Positions 24,312 to 34,846 of a stretch of 64,000 bases of DNA are shown piece after piece. The translations under genes were made by a program, and so were the position numbers. The stretch's first letter is position 1; every line of letters starts with the position of its first letter. Source of the stretch: an uncultured Chloroflexia bacterium (GTDB lineage Bacteria; Chloroflexota; Limnocylindria; Limnocylindrales; CSP1-4); NCBI GenBank assembly GCA_963752475.1, contig CAVVYR010000007.1, positions 416,001 to 480,000 of the forward strand, written 5' to 3'. The notes beneath the pieces were generated by a model. That model saw only the letters and a program-made list of their open reading frames with translations. It was not told the origin of the DNA and searched no databases.

Positions 24312-27300
24312 CGGACTTGCCACTCGCCGTGCCGGTCGCACGGAGTTTGACCACGTGCTTGCCCTTCGAGACATTGCGCACGTAGACGATGCGCCGGTCA
24401 TCGGGCTCGGCTGGCGTAGAGGTCGATGGTGTCGACGTGCTTGCCGTCCACGATGACCTTGACGCGACCACCGGTCGGCCCACGGCGGACGACGACCGCG
24501 AACTGCTGGCCCTTGAACGAGACCTTCGCCTGTGCGCCCCGTCGAGGACGTCCGTGCGAGGCGTCTTTCCGAGCGCGTCCTTGTTCCTCGTCGCCTTCCA
24601 CGAACCGCGGAGCTTCACGTTCTTCGAGCTGCGACGGCAGATCGATGGTCCGCAGCTTGGGGCTGATCGACTTCCTGCTGGTCGTTTCCGGCGACGGTCC
24701 TTCGCGGGGCCGTGGACCGAGCAGCCCGCTCGGGCCACGGGGGCGCCGGCGGTCACGAGAGGACCCTTGCCGGTCTTGGTGGCCATGACCTTGCGGCCAC
24801 AGATGACTCGGACCGCCGCGTTCTTCAGCCCTGAGCGCCCGTCCTTGGCGCTGATCGTGGCCTTGATCGGCACGCGCTTGCCGGACGCGGCCACGCGGCC
24901 GCCCTGGCGGATGCTGAGGCGCGGGCGGGTCAGCTTCGGCTTCGTCTTGTCGAGCTTGATGCCGTCGCGCAGGATCGGCGACTTGACCTTGTTCGGAGCG
25001 CGCAGCTGCATGCGCACGTCGTAGTTGCCCTGGCGCCGGCCGAGCTTGACGTTGAACCGCTTCTTGTAGGGCATCCACTTGGTGAACTTGCCCTTGCCGA
25101 CGGCGTAGCGCACCTGGACCCCGTCGAATCCGCGCAGGTCGGCCTGCACGGTCCTCGATCCCGGTCCAGGCCGCGCCCTTCTTGAGCTTCATCTGCCGCG
25201 AGAGCTCCAGGTTCAGCTGGCCCAGGCCGGCCGAGTACACGTTCCCGTCGAGCTTGACGCCGCCGTCGAACCTGGCGAGGCCCCACTGCCAGAACGTCCA
25301 GTCGCTCCAGCCGTTCGGCAGGATCATCGTGTCGCACTCCCAGCAGGCGACCCAGAGCGGGTAGGTGCCGAAGCCGCCCGGCGCGCCGACCACCTTCTCC
25401 CACATGTAGCGGCTGGTGTAGATCATCGGATACCGGCCGGTCTGCCGATAGAGCTCGTCGAGCATGGCGTGGAGGCGTGCCTTGGCCTGGGCCTTGTTGG
25501 GGGTCCCGAGCGACGTGAGCGTCTCGACGTCGACCACCAGCGGCAGCAGCCGGTTGAGCCCGCTGGTCTTGCGCACGATCGACAGGAAGTGCTGCGCCTG
25601 TTTCGTGCCGTCGACCCGGTAGTCGAAGAAGTGGTAGGCCCCGGCGAGCAGGCCTGCAGCGCGTGCGTCGGAGGTGTGCTGCTGGAACGTGTTGTCGACG
25701 AACGACGTGCCCTGGGTCGCCTTGGAGAAGACGAAGCGCTGGTCCTGGGCTCGGAGCGCCTTGAAGTCGGGCAGGCCGTTCCAGTGGCTCACGTCCAGCC
25801 CCAGGATGCCATCCGGGGTGGACCAGGGCGGCGGCTCCGGCGTCGGCGTCGGCGTCGGTTCTGGCTCGACGATGTAGCCATCTCCGTCGGGTCCGGTGTC
25901 GTCGCCGGGCGGGGTGTCCTCGACGTCCGCGACGCCGAAGGCAGCCGCCAAGTCGAGACGCCCGATGGCCATGTTCGTGGCAGCGGCGCTCGTCGAGAGC
26001 CGGCCGGCAACGTTGTTCGAGGTGATCCCGTCGGCGATCAGCAGGGCGGCAGCGCCGGCGACCTGAGCCGCGGCGGCCGAGGTGCCCCTGATCGTGCGGT
26101 TGGTGCCGCCGGGGTTCAGCGCCGTGATGTCCACGCCCGGCGCCGCGATGTAGGCGCTTGGACCGTCGTCGCTCCAGAGCGCCACCACGTCGTCCTTCCG
26201 CGTGGCGGCGACGCCGATGACGCCGGGGTACGCCGCCGGATAGGTCGGCGTGGTCACACCTTCGTTGCCCACGGACGCCACCACGACGATGCCGGCGGCC
26301 ATCGCGAGGTCGATCTGGTCCTTGAGTGCAGTCGACCTGTTCGGACCGCTGAACGCCATGAGGATGACGTCGACGTTCGCTGCCATGGCTGTGCCGATCG
26401 CGGCGATGATGTCCGCGTCGTAGCCCACACCGTCGGCACCGATAGCCGTGATCGGCAGGACCGAGACATTGGTCCAGGCGACACCGGCAATGTCCCGTGC
26501 GTTGTTCGTGTTCGCGGCCATGATGGTGGCCATCCACGTGCCGTGGCCGTGAGGGTCGCTGCTCGTACCGATAGCCTTGCCGGCAAGGTCCTCGAGCGCG
26601 GTATCGACGCCCGTGTCGATGATCGCCACAGTGGCGCTGCTACTGAATGTCTTGACTCCGTGCAGGGCCTCCCAGCCGATGTGTGGGAGGTGCCACTGGT
26701 TCTCGTAGAGCGGGTCGTTGGAAGCAGCGTTGACGGTCCGGGCGTAGTTGCGATCGACACTCCTGACGGCGGGATCGGCCTTGAGGCGATCGATGACCTT
26801 GGCGCGGTCCTTCCTGGGGACGTCAACGACCTGCATGTCGAGCCGGCCGATGGCCTTGTCGTTGCCGGCTCCTGCGGTCGTGATGGCGCCTGCTCGCTTG
26901 GCGTTTCCGGTGCCGGACTTGAAAGTGACGATGTACTCGTCGGTCGGACCGAGGTCGGCTGTCGAGGGCGTGCTCTGAGGCTCCGGCGTAGGCTCGCCAC
27001 TGGGCTGCGGGGTCCCCGGCTCTGGCGTCGGCGCGGGCTGTGCTTCTGGGGTCGTCGTCACCGTTTCGACCACATCCGGCTCCTCCGACGGGTCGTCTTC
27101 GGGTTCGACGGTCCCCGATTCGATCGTGGGCTCCGGTTCGTCGGGCGCGGCCGACGCCACTTCCGGCTCGACCGACGCTTCGGGCGTGTCGGGACCGGCC
27201 GATGCCGCTTCCGGCTCGACCGTTTCGGTCACGGCTGCCGATGCCGTCGGCTTCGGCTCGTCGGGAACCGCTGGCACCTCGGTGCCTGGCGCCACGGCAG

Positions 27301-28174
27301 CGAGGCCTTCGTCGCCCGGTTCCTCGGTAGCGGGCTCTGCGGTGGTGGTCTCCTCGGCCAGGGGCTCCTCGCTCGGCTCCGCGGTCGGTCCTTCGGTTTC
27401 GGACTCCTCGGCCCTCGGCGTCTCGGCCGCAGGGTCCGTGCTGGGCTCCTCGGTCGCAGATGCCTCGGGCGCAGTCTCCACGGGTTCCTCAGCAGCGGGC
27501 TCCTTCGGCAGGGGCTCGTCAGCGGCCGGGGCGGCGGCAGCGGCAGCAGCTTCGGCGGTGCTCGCGGCCTTGGCGGCAGCGGCAGCGGCCTTGGCGGCCT
27601 GCTCGGCGGCGGCCTGCCTGGCGGCGGCCTTCTGGGCCTTGACCTTGGCGGCCTTGGCCTCCTTCTGGGCGGCCTTCTTCACGATCGCGGCGGCATCGGA
27701 GCCGCGGTTCTTGGCGGCCGTCTCCTTGACGGTGATCTTCGTGGACTGCTTGAGGTCATCGACTTCGGCCGTGAGGCGGACGGCACCGTCGGCATTGAGC
27801 ACGAGGCGGGTCTTGAGGGCCTTGTGGTTGGCGAGCGTGGCAGGGCCCTCGACGGACCACTCGGCCTTGATCGGCTTGCAGGTGTCATCGCCACCGGGCT
27901 TGCCGTCACCCTTGGGGCCGCCGAAGGGGGTCTTGTCCCAGCCGGGGCAGACCCAGGCGGACACGACGACCTTGCCGCCGACCGCGACCTTGGGCTGCTG
28001 GGGGAAGAGGCGGAGCTTGAATCCGCGGTCCCCGAGGCTGCCCTTGGGGTGATCGGCGTTGGCCTTGACGATGTCCTCGGCCAGGTCGACCTGGGAGTGG
28101 TGGCCGTCCTGGGCGAGCAGGGGCGCGAAGCCTGTGCTGCCTGCCACGAGGACGAGGGACACGAGCAGGGCCAT
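24258..28174 (-). CDS. Secreted multidomain protein: shared N-module, acidic linker, propeptide, S8 subtilase, GH25 muramidase, basic beta-rich C-terminal domains (frameshifted at 24.3-25.2 kb)
   Basis: IIDTGVD, HGHGT, GNEG, GTSAAA (S8); GLDVSHWN, KATQG, GAYHF, VDVE, IYTS, WQW (GH25); C-terminus reconstructed across frames to ...LDAIVVLDKRR*; start uncertain (up to 28477). Confidence 0.8.
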
Positions 28175-28630
28175 GAACGCGTGGACTCGCGGCGTACGCA
28201 GCCACCGCCGAGCCTCGCGCAAGCGGGAAGCCCGTCCTCGACCAACCTGCGGCGTCTCGATGTGAGTCCGATCAGGGGGTGCTCCGTGCGGCGTCTCGCC
28301 GGTGCCTTCGCCACGGAGCGCCTGGTGCGCCAAGGCCACATCGGAGGCTCGGGGCACGCGCCGACCCGAGGCAGGCTGAAGCGGAGCCTCGGAGGCGTGG
28401 GACAGCGAGCGCGACACGCGCGTGGGCAACAAGCATGCCCTCCCTTCGGTCCAGCCCTCAGGGTCACGGCTGGGCATCGACGGCGAGTGTACGACACCTT
28501 GTCGTGTTTCACACCCGGCGTGCTCGTGGCTGCACCTGCCGCTGTTGACTCAGCGCACCAGCCGGATCAGCGCCGCGCGCAAGCACTCGCGCGCGGCGCG
28601 CCACTCCACGCACCGGCTACCATGCCTCTC

Positions 28631-31600
28631 GTGCCCATCGCTCCCAATGATTTCGTCCATCTGCACGTCCACTCCGAGTTCAGCTTGCTCGATGGGCTCG
28701 GCCGCATCAACGACCTCGTCAGTGAAGCCTCGGCGCACGGATTCGACGCCCTCGCGCTGACCGACCACGGCTCCCTGTACGGCGCCATGGCCTTCTACCA
28801 GGCCTGCAAGAAGAAGCAGATCAAGCCGATCATCGGCGTCGAGGCCTACGTCGCGCGCAAGTCGATGTACGACCGTGAAGGACGTTCGGAGCAGAACTAC
28901 ACGCACATCACGCTCTGGGCCCAGGACTGGGGCGGCTACCAGAACCTCTGCCGCATCATCACCGAGGCCCACCTCGACGGCTACTACTACAAGCCGCGCC
29001 TCGACCGCCAGCTCCTGAACAAGTACCGCCAGGGCATCCTCGCCGGTTCCGCCTGTCTGGGCGGCGAGATCGCCAAGCTCCTCGAGGTCGACGACTTCGA
29101 GCGTGCGCGCAAGGTCGTCGGCGAGTACCGCGACATCCTCGGCCCGGAGGGCTTCTGGCTGGAGATGATGGACGACGGCCTCAAAGAGCAACAGGCGTTG
29201 AACCCCAAGCTCCTGCGCCTGAGCCAGGAGACCGGCGCCGGTGTCGTCGCCACCCACGACCTCCACTACGTGCGCCAGGACCAGCACGAGGCGCACGACG
29301 CGCTGCTCTGCATCGGCACGGGCAGCAACCTCGACACGCCCAACCGGCTGCGGTTCGAGTCGGATCAGTTCTACCTCAAGACCGCGGCGGAGATGGAGCA
29401 GCTCTTCAGGGACGTGCCGGAGGCCATCGCCAACAGCAAGCGCATCGCGGAGATGACCGACCTCCAGATCACCTTCGGCGAGCTGCGCCTGCCGCACTTC
29501 CCGGTGCCCGATGGCCACTCGGTCGAGTCATGGCTGCGCGAGGAGTGCGAGCGCGGGCTTCGGCAGCGCTACGGCGAGATCACCGACGTGCTCCAGGAGC
29601 GCCTCGACTACGAGCTGGGGATCATCATCTCGATGGGCTATGCCGCCTACTTCCTGATCGTGGCCGATTTCGTGCGCTACGCCAAGGACGAGGGCATCGC
29701 CACCACCTGCCGAGGCTCCGCGCCGGGCTCGATCGTGACCTACACGCTGGGCATCACGCCGGTCGACCCTATCCACTACGGCCTGCCCTTCGAGCGGTTC
29801 CTCAACCCCGACCGCGTGACGATGCCCGACATCGATGTCGACTTCGAAGACGCCCGTCGCGACGAGGTCATCAACTACGTCACGCGCAAGTACGGCCAGG
29901 ACCACGTGGCTCAGATCATCACCTTCGGCACGATGCTGGCCAAGGCCGCCATCCGTGACGTTGGCCGCGTCATGGGCTACGGCTACGGCGAGGTGGACCG
30001 CATCGCCAAGGCCGTCCCGGACCAGCTCGGCATCACGCTCGACGAGGCCCTGGTCCAGGCGCCGCCCCTGCGCGAGATGTACGAGGGCGACCAGGGCATC
30101 CACAAGATGATCGACATCGCCAAGCAGCTGGAGGGTGTGGCCCGCAACGCCTCCACGCACGCTGCCGGCATCGTCATCAGCCGCGAGCCACTGACCGAGC
30201 TCATGCCGCTGCAGCGCGCGACCAACAGCGAAGCCCTCATGACCCAGTACGAGATGCACGGGGTCGAGGCGCTGGGCCTGCTGAAGTTCGACTTCCTGGG
30301 TCTCTCGAACCTGACCATCCTGCGCCAGGCGGTCGACCTCATCCGCGATCACGCCGGCGTCGATATCGACCTCGACGAGATCCCGCTCGACGACGCCAAG
30401 ACGTTCAAGCTCCTGAGCCAGGGCGAAACGACCGGCGTGTTCCAGCTGGAGTCGGCGGGCATGCGCCGCTACATCAAGGAGTTGCGGCCGACGTCGGTCT
30501 ACGACCTCGCGGCCATGGTGGCGCTCTTCCGCCCCGGCCCCATGGACAACATCCCCGCCTACATCCGCCGCAAGCATGGGCAGGAGAAGGTCAGCTATCC
30601 GCACCCCCTGCTCGAGCCGTACCTGGAGAAGACCTACGGGATCTTCGTCTACCAGGAGGACATCATGTCCGCGGCCATCGCCCTCGGTGGCTTCACCGGC
30701 CCGGAGGCGGACACGCTCGGCTACGCCATCCGCAAGAAGAAGTCGGACGTGCTCCAGGCGCAGAAGGAGAAGTTCTTCCGCCAGGCCGCCGAGCGCGGCA
30801 TCGAAGCCGGCGTCATCGAGTCCATCTTCAAGGCCTTCGAGCCCTTCGAGCGCTACGGCTTCAACAAGGCCCATGCCACCTGCTACGGCCTCATCGCCTA
30901 CCAGACCGCGTATCTGAAGGCCAACTACCCGGTCGAGTACATGACCAGCGTGCTCACCGCCTTCCGGGACAAGACCGAGAAGGTCGCCGGTGCCATCGCC
31001 GAGTGCAACCGCCTGGGCATCGAGGTGCTGGGACCGGACGTCCGCAACAGCTTCGTCGACTTCACCGTCGAGGGCGACTCCATCCGCTTCGGGCTGCTGG
31101 CGGTCAAGAACGTGGGCGAGAACGCGATCAAGTCGATCATCGCCGCGCGCGAGGACGGTGGCGAGTTCGGTTCGCTGGCGGACCTCTGCGCCCGGGTCGA
31201 CCTGCGGCTCGTCAACAAGCGCGTGATGGAGGCGCTCATCAAGGTCAACGCCCTCGCCTTCCTGGGGCATCCCGCGCAGCTGATGGCCGGGCTCGACGAG
31301 GCCATGGCCTACGGCCAGGCGCAGGCGCGCGACCGAGTGACCGGCCAGGGCTCGCTGTTCGACATGCTCGGCTCAGCGGAGGACTCGGGCCTCACGCAGC
31401 GGCTGCCGACGGTGACCGAGGCGCCCTCGCGCGAGCGGCTGCGCTGGGAGAAGGAGCTCCTGGGGTTGTACCTCTCCGACCATCCGCTGAGCGAGCTGGC
31501 CGAGGAGATGGGTGGCTACGTCAACACCTGGACCGGCGACATCGGGGCCGACCTCGACCAGGAGCGCGTGGTCGTGGGCGGCATGGCCGTGGGCATCCGG

Positions 31601-32544
31601 CGTGTCATCACGCGCAACAAGGAGTCGATGGCGGTCGTGACCCTGGAGGACATGCAGGGCTCGACCGACGTCGTCATCTTCCCGCGCACGTATGCCGAGG
31701 CCGGTGTGGCCGAGAAGCTGACCGACGACGCGGTGCTGCTGGTCGCCGGTCGGGTCGATCACAAGGGCGACGAGACCGTCGTGTTGGCCGATTCGGTCTG
31801 GACCTGGGATGAGGCCACCGAAAAGGGCGTGTCCGTCTTTGGCCAGGAGGTCGCGGCAGGTGACCGAGGGCGCGGCCGCCGGAGGCGCAATGGCAACGGC
31901 CGGGGCAGGGGAGGCGCCGGCAACGGTTCGAACGGGAGGAGTGCACCTGGCGGTGCCGCCCCCACGGCCGAGGCGCCCAAACCGGCCGAGACGCTGGTCA
32001 TCCCGCGCGTCTCGCCGCTCCGCGGTAGCCAGCCCGAGGGCACGATCACGGTGACCATCGGTGGTGCCGCGGAGCGCCGTCCGGCACCGGTGGGTGGCCC
32101 GCCGGTCGCTGCCCCTGCTGAGGCAGCGCCGCCACTCGACATCCCGCCACAGGAGCCGGTGGAGCCGGTCAGTGGGCCCAGCTCACCGCCGGCCTTCGAG
32201 GGCATCAACGCGGACGCGCCCGAGGAGCCGCCGCTGCCGGAAGAGGTGGGTGCGGCGGTGGCCTCGGCTGCCGGCGCGGGCACGGTCCCTGTCGCCGCCG
32301 GGCCGGGTCAGGTCCTGCACATCCGCTTCTCGCTGGCATCGGACGAGCGCATGGTGGCCGCGTTCGAGGAGCTCAAGGGCGTGATCAAGTCTCGCCGTGG
32401 TGAGACGCCGGTCGTATTGCACATCCCTGCCGGCGCCGGGCGTACGCAGGAGATGCGGCTGGGCGTCGGGATCGCCTACGACGCGGAACTCGTGGCCGAG
32501 TGCACCGTCGCTTCGACGGGCTGCTCCAGCTGTCGCTGGTGTAG
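28631..32544 (+). CDS. dnaE: DNA polymerase III alpha subunit
   Basis: HLHVHSEFSLLDG PHP domain, RGSAPGS, PDIDVDF, GFNKAH, QGSLF; probable indel near 32505 giving ...DGLLQLSLV*. Confidence 0.95.
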
Positions 32545-32729
32545 ACACGGTTCGGTCGTCGCCCGGTAGTCCGACGGACTGCTGCAGTTGTCGCTGGTGT
32601 AGCGCTCGACTGATCGGGCGGTGGACGCGGTCGGGCGACGCGCGGCGCGCTCAGCGAGCCGTGACGGAGCCGTTTGAAGGCAGATGTCGCCGCTGCCGAC
32701 GCCGCCGGCCGACGCCGGCTCCACTCGCA

Positions 32730-32954
32730 TGTGGACAGATGTCGCCCGAGCCGACCGTAGTCACCCTCGTAGCCACCGGATCGGGGTCGCTGGGACAGTC
32801 GGCCAGCAGCGCTGAGCGTGGACGGGCATGGCCGACGCCGGGTCCTGGTGGCCCGGAGGCGTGAGATGGCCGTGGCGTGCGACTACGGTCGACTCCCACG
32901 ACGGATGACTACAAGAATCGGACGGATGGGCCGGTAGCGTCGATGGGGGCGACG
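32730..32954. repeat. Dispersed palindromic intergenic element, copy A
   Basis: Aligns without gaps to 44259-44483; CGACCGTAG...CTACGGTCG inverted arms. Confidence 0.8.
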
Positions 32955-32991
32955 ACCGGCCACGAGCGACCGGTAGCGTCGATGGGGACGA

Positions 32992-33115
32992 CACGACCGA
33001 GTCCGCGAGCTACCGCCAGCGCTGCGAGCCACGACCGAGTCCACGAGCTACCGCCAGCGCTGCGAGCCACGACCGAGTCCACGAGCTACCGCCAGCGCCG
33101 CGAGCTACCGCCAGC
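32992..33115. repeat. 38-bp tandem repeat, 3 copies plus partial
   Basis: CACGACCGAGTCCACGAGCTACCGCCAGCGCTGCGAGC at 32992, 33030, 33068. Confidence 0.9.
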
Positions 33116-33162
33116 CGTTGGTTCGGCGCGCGTCCGCGGCCACCACCCGACGCGGCCACGCC

Positions 33163-33855
33163 TCAGTCGAGGATCAGCCAGGCGACGCGGGCAGGCTCAG
33201 GGACCGCCTGGTTGAGGCGGACGAGGATGAGGTTCTCCTTGGCATCGAGCACCTGCGCGGCTTCCACGTGGACGCCGGGGAAGTGATCCTGCAGCGTGGC
33301 CAGCACGAGCGAGTTCTCGTTCACCCCGCCGCCGACCTCGAAGACGAACTCAGCGCCACCGGACGTCTGCGCTACGCCAGACCGGCGACCGAACTTGAGC
33401 TTGCCCTCGGTCTGCAGTGCCGTGCCGTTCTTCTCGGTCGAGCGTGCGACCAGGCCGGTCCCACCGCCCGTCGCCACGAACTCGCCGGCCGTGCCCTTGG
33501 GCGAGGCCGTCTTGCCCTGGACGCCGATGGTCTGGCCCTTCTTGGCATCGGCCCAGCCCTGCACACCGACGCCCTTCTGGGCGCTGGCGTACCCACGGAT
33601 GGCAGCGCCGGCGCCGGTCATGCGTGCCAGGAAGCCCGGGCTGCGCTTGTTCTGCAGGGTCGTGGACTTGGCGCCGGTGTTCTTCTGACCGATCCGCAAC
33701 CACTGGCCGTCCCTGGCCTCTGTGCTCGTCGAGATGCCGACCGCGCCCAGTGCAGCAGCGATGGCGGCGACCCCGCCAGCGGTCAGTAGCTGGCGGCGGG
33801 ATCGCGGCTCTTCGGCCGCGATGATGGCTGGCTCGTTGTCCCTGGACGAGGTCAC
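33163..33855 (-). CDS. Hypothetical exported protein with Tat-like signal
   Basis: SRRQLL twin-Arg motif followed by a hydrophobic stretch; GTG after AGGAGG; Gly-rich repeats. Confidence 0.7.
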   Translation of the reverse strand: MTSSRDNEPAIIAAEEPRSRRQLLTAGGVAAIAAALGAVGISTSTEARDGQWLRIGQKNTGAKSTTLQNKRSPGFLARMTGAGAAIRGYASAQKGVGVQGWADAKKGQTIGVQGKTASPKGTAGEFVATGGGTGLVARSTEKNGTALQTEGKLKFGRRSGVAQTSGGAEFVFEVGGGVNENSLVLATLQDHFPGVHVEAAQVLDAKENLILVRLNQAVPEPARVAWLILD

Positions 33856-33976
33856 CCGGTTTCCTCCTGTTGGTTCGGGCGGAGCAGCCCGACGACGACG
33901 ACTACGGCGGAGCCGATCGTATCGCAACATCACATGGATCGACGCCGAAGCGTCCGCGACGACGCGAGGACCGGTG

Positions 33977-34801
33977 CTACTCAGTCGGGCCGAACGTCAC
34001 CTGGAACACGTCGTCCTCATCGAGCAGCGTGAGACCGAACATGCTGACCGACCACGCGCTGGTCGCCCTGAGCGCCGCGTAGTAGCGCCGAGCGTTCTTG
34101 CGATGCGGTTTCTTGCAGTCCTTCTTCTGGATCTCTATGCGACCGATGCGCATGTTCTGGCCGTCGACCTCATAGATGGCGGAGTAGTCGCTGCAGCCGT
34201 CAGTGCCTGTGAGCGTGCCGTCCTCTGCGAACGTCGCCTTGATCTTCGAGGTGTGCTGGTTGCCCTCCAGGCTCCTCTTGCCATCACTGATCATGCCGAC
34301 CTGCCAAGAGCCTTCGACCATGGAGGCCGGCGTCAGACGGAACTCGAGCAGGACTTCGTCAGCCTCATCCTCCAGTGCCATCCCGAGGCCACGCGACCGA
34401 TAGGAGGCCACCCGCTCGAGGTTGGCGAAGTAGGCGGCCTCGGCTGGCCCGTGGGGCAGCCCGCAGCCGATCAGCGTGTGGCCGAGCCCCTGCAGGCTGA
34501 GGTCGAAGCCGTCGATCTCATAGCGCGCACCGTAGCCGTTGCAGCCGCCAGTGCCGGCTAGACGACCGCCGACCATCCGCAGCGAGATCAGGACATCCTC
34601 ATCGAGCGGCCTCAACTCGCCGTCCACGACCTGTGCGCTGAGCAGCCAGTTCTGGTCCTCGATCGAGAAGTCACCGATCGGCACGGTCTCATCCAAAGGA
34701 CCGCTGGGCTCGGGCTCATCCTGGGCGATGGCGCCGACCGCCAGTGTTGCCGAGAGCGCGAGGGCTGCAAACGCAGCGACCGTGGTGCGGACCCTTGTCA
34801 T
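33977..34801 (-). CDS. Secreted double META-domain (HslJ-like) protein
   Basis: GTGGCNGY and GTDGCSDY motifs; signal peptide. Confidence 0.8.
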   Translation of the reverse strand: MTRVRTTVAAFAALALSATLAVGAIAQDEPEPSGPLDETVPIGDFSIEDQNWLLSAQVVDGELRPLDEDVLISLRMVGGRLAGTGGCNGYGARYEIDGFDLSLQGLGHTLIGCGLPHGPAEAAYFANLERVASYRSRGLGMALEDEADEVLLEFRLTPASMVEGSWQVGMISDGKRSLEGNQHTSKIKATFAEDGTLTGTDGCSDYSAIYEVDGQNMRIGRIEIQKKDCKKPHRKNARRYYAALRATSAWSVSMFGLTLLDEDDVFQVTFGPTE

Positions 34802-34846
34802 GGGCGTGCCTCCTGGAAACGCGGGAAGGAGTCGCGGGGGTACTTG

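Noticed and set aside
25469-28620. Apparent ~1050-aa N-terminal extension of DnaE (2366-aa ORF)
   Set aside because: Stop-free antisense frame of the S8-GH25 gene; DnaE homology starts at about 28631
28631-32544. Intein in DnaE
   Set aside because: No C/S...HN splice motifs or LAGLIDADG blocks; the extra length is a low-complexity linker
32931-33115. Possible CRISPR array
   Set aside because: Units are head-to-tail with no unique spacers, and there are no cas genes
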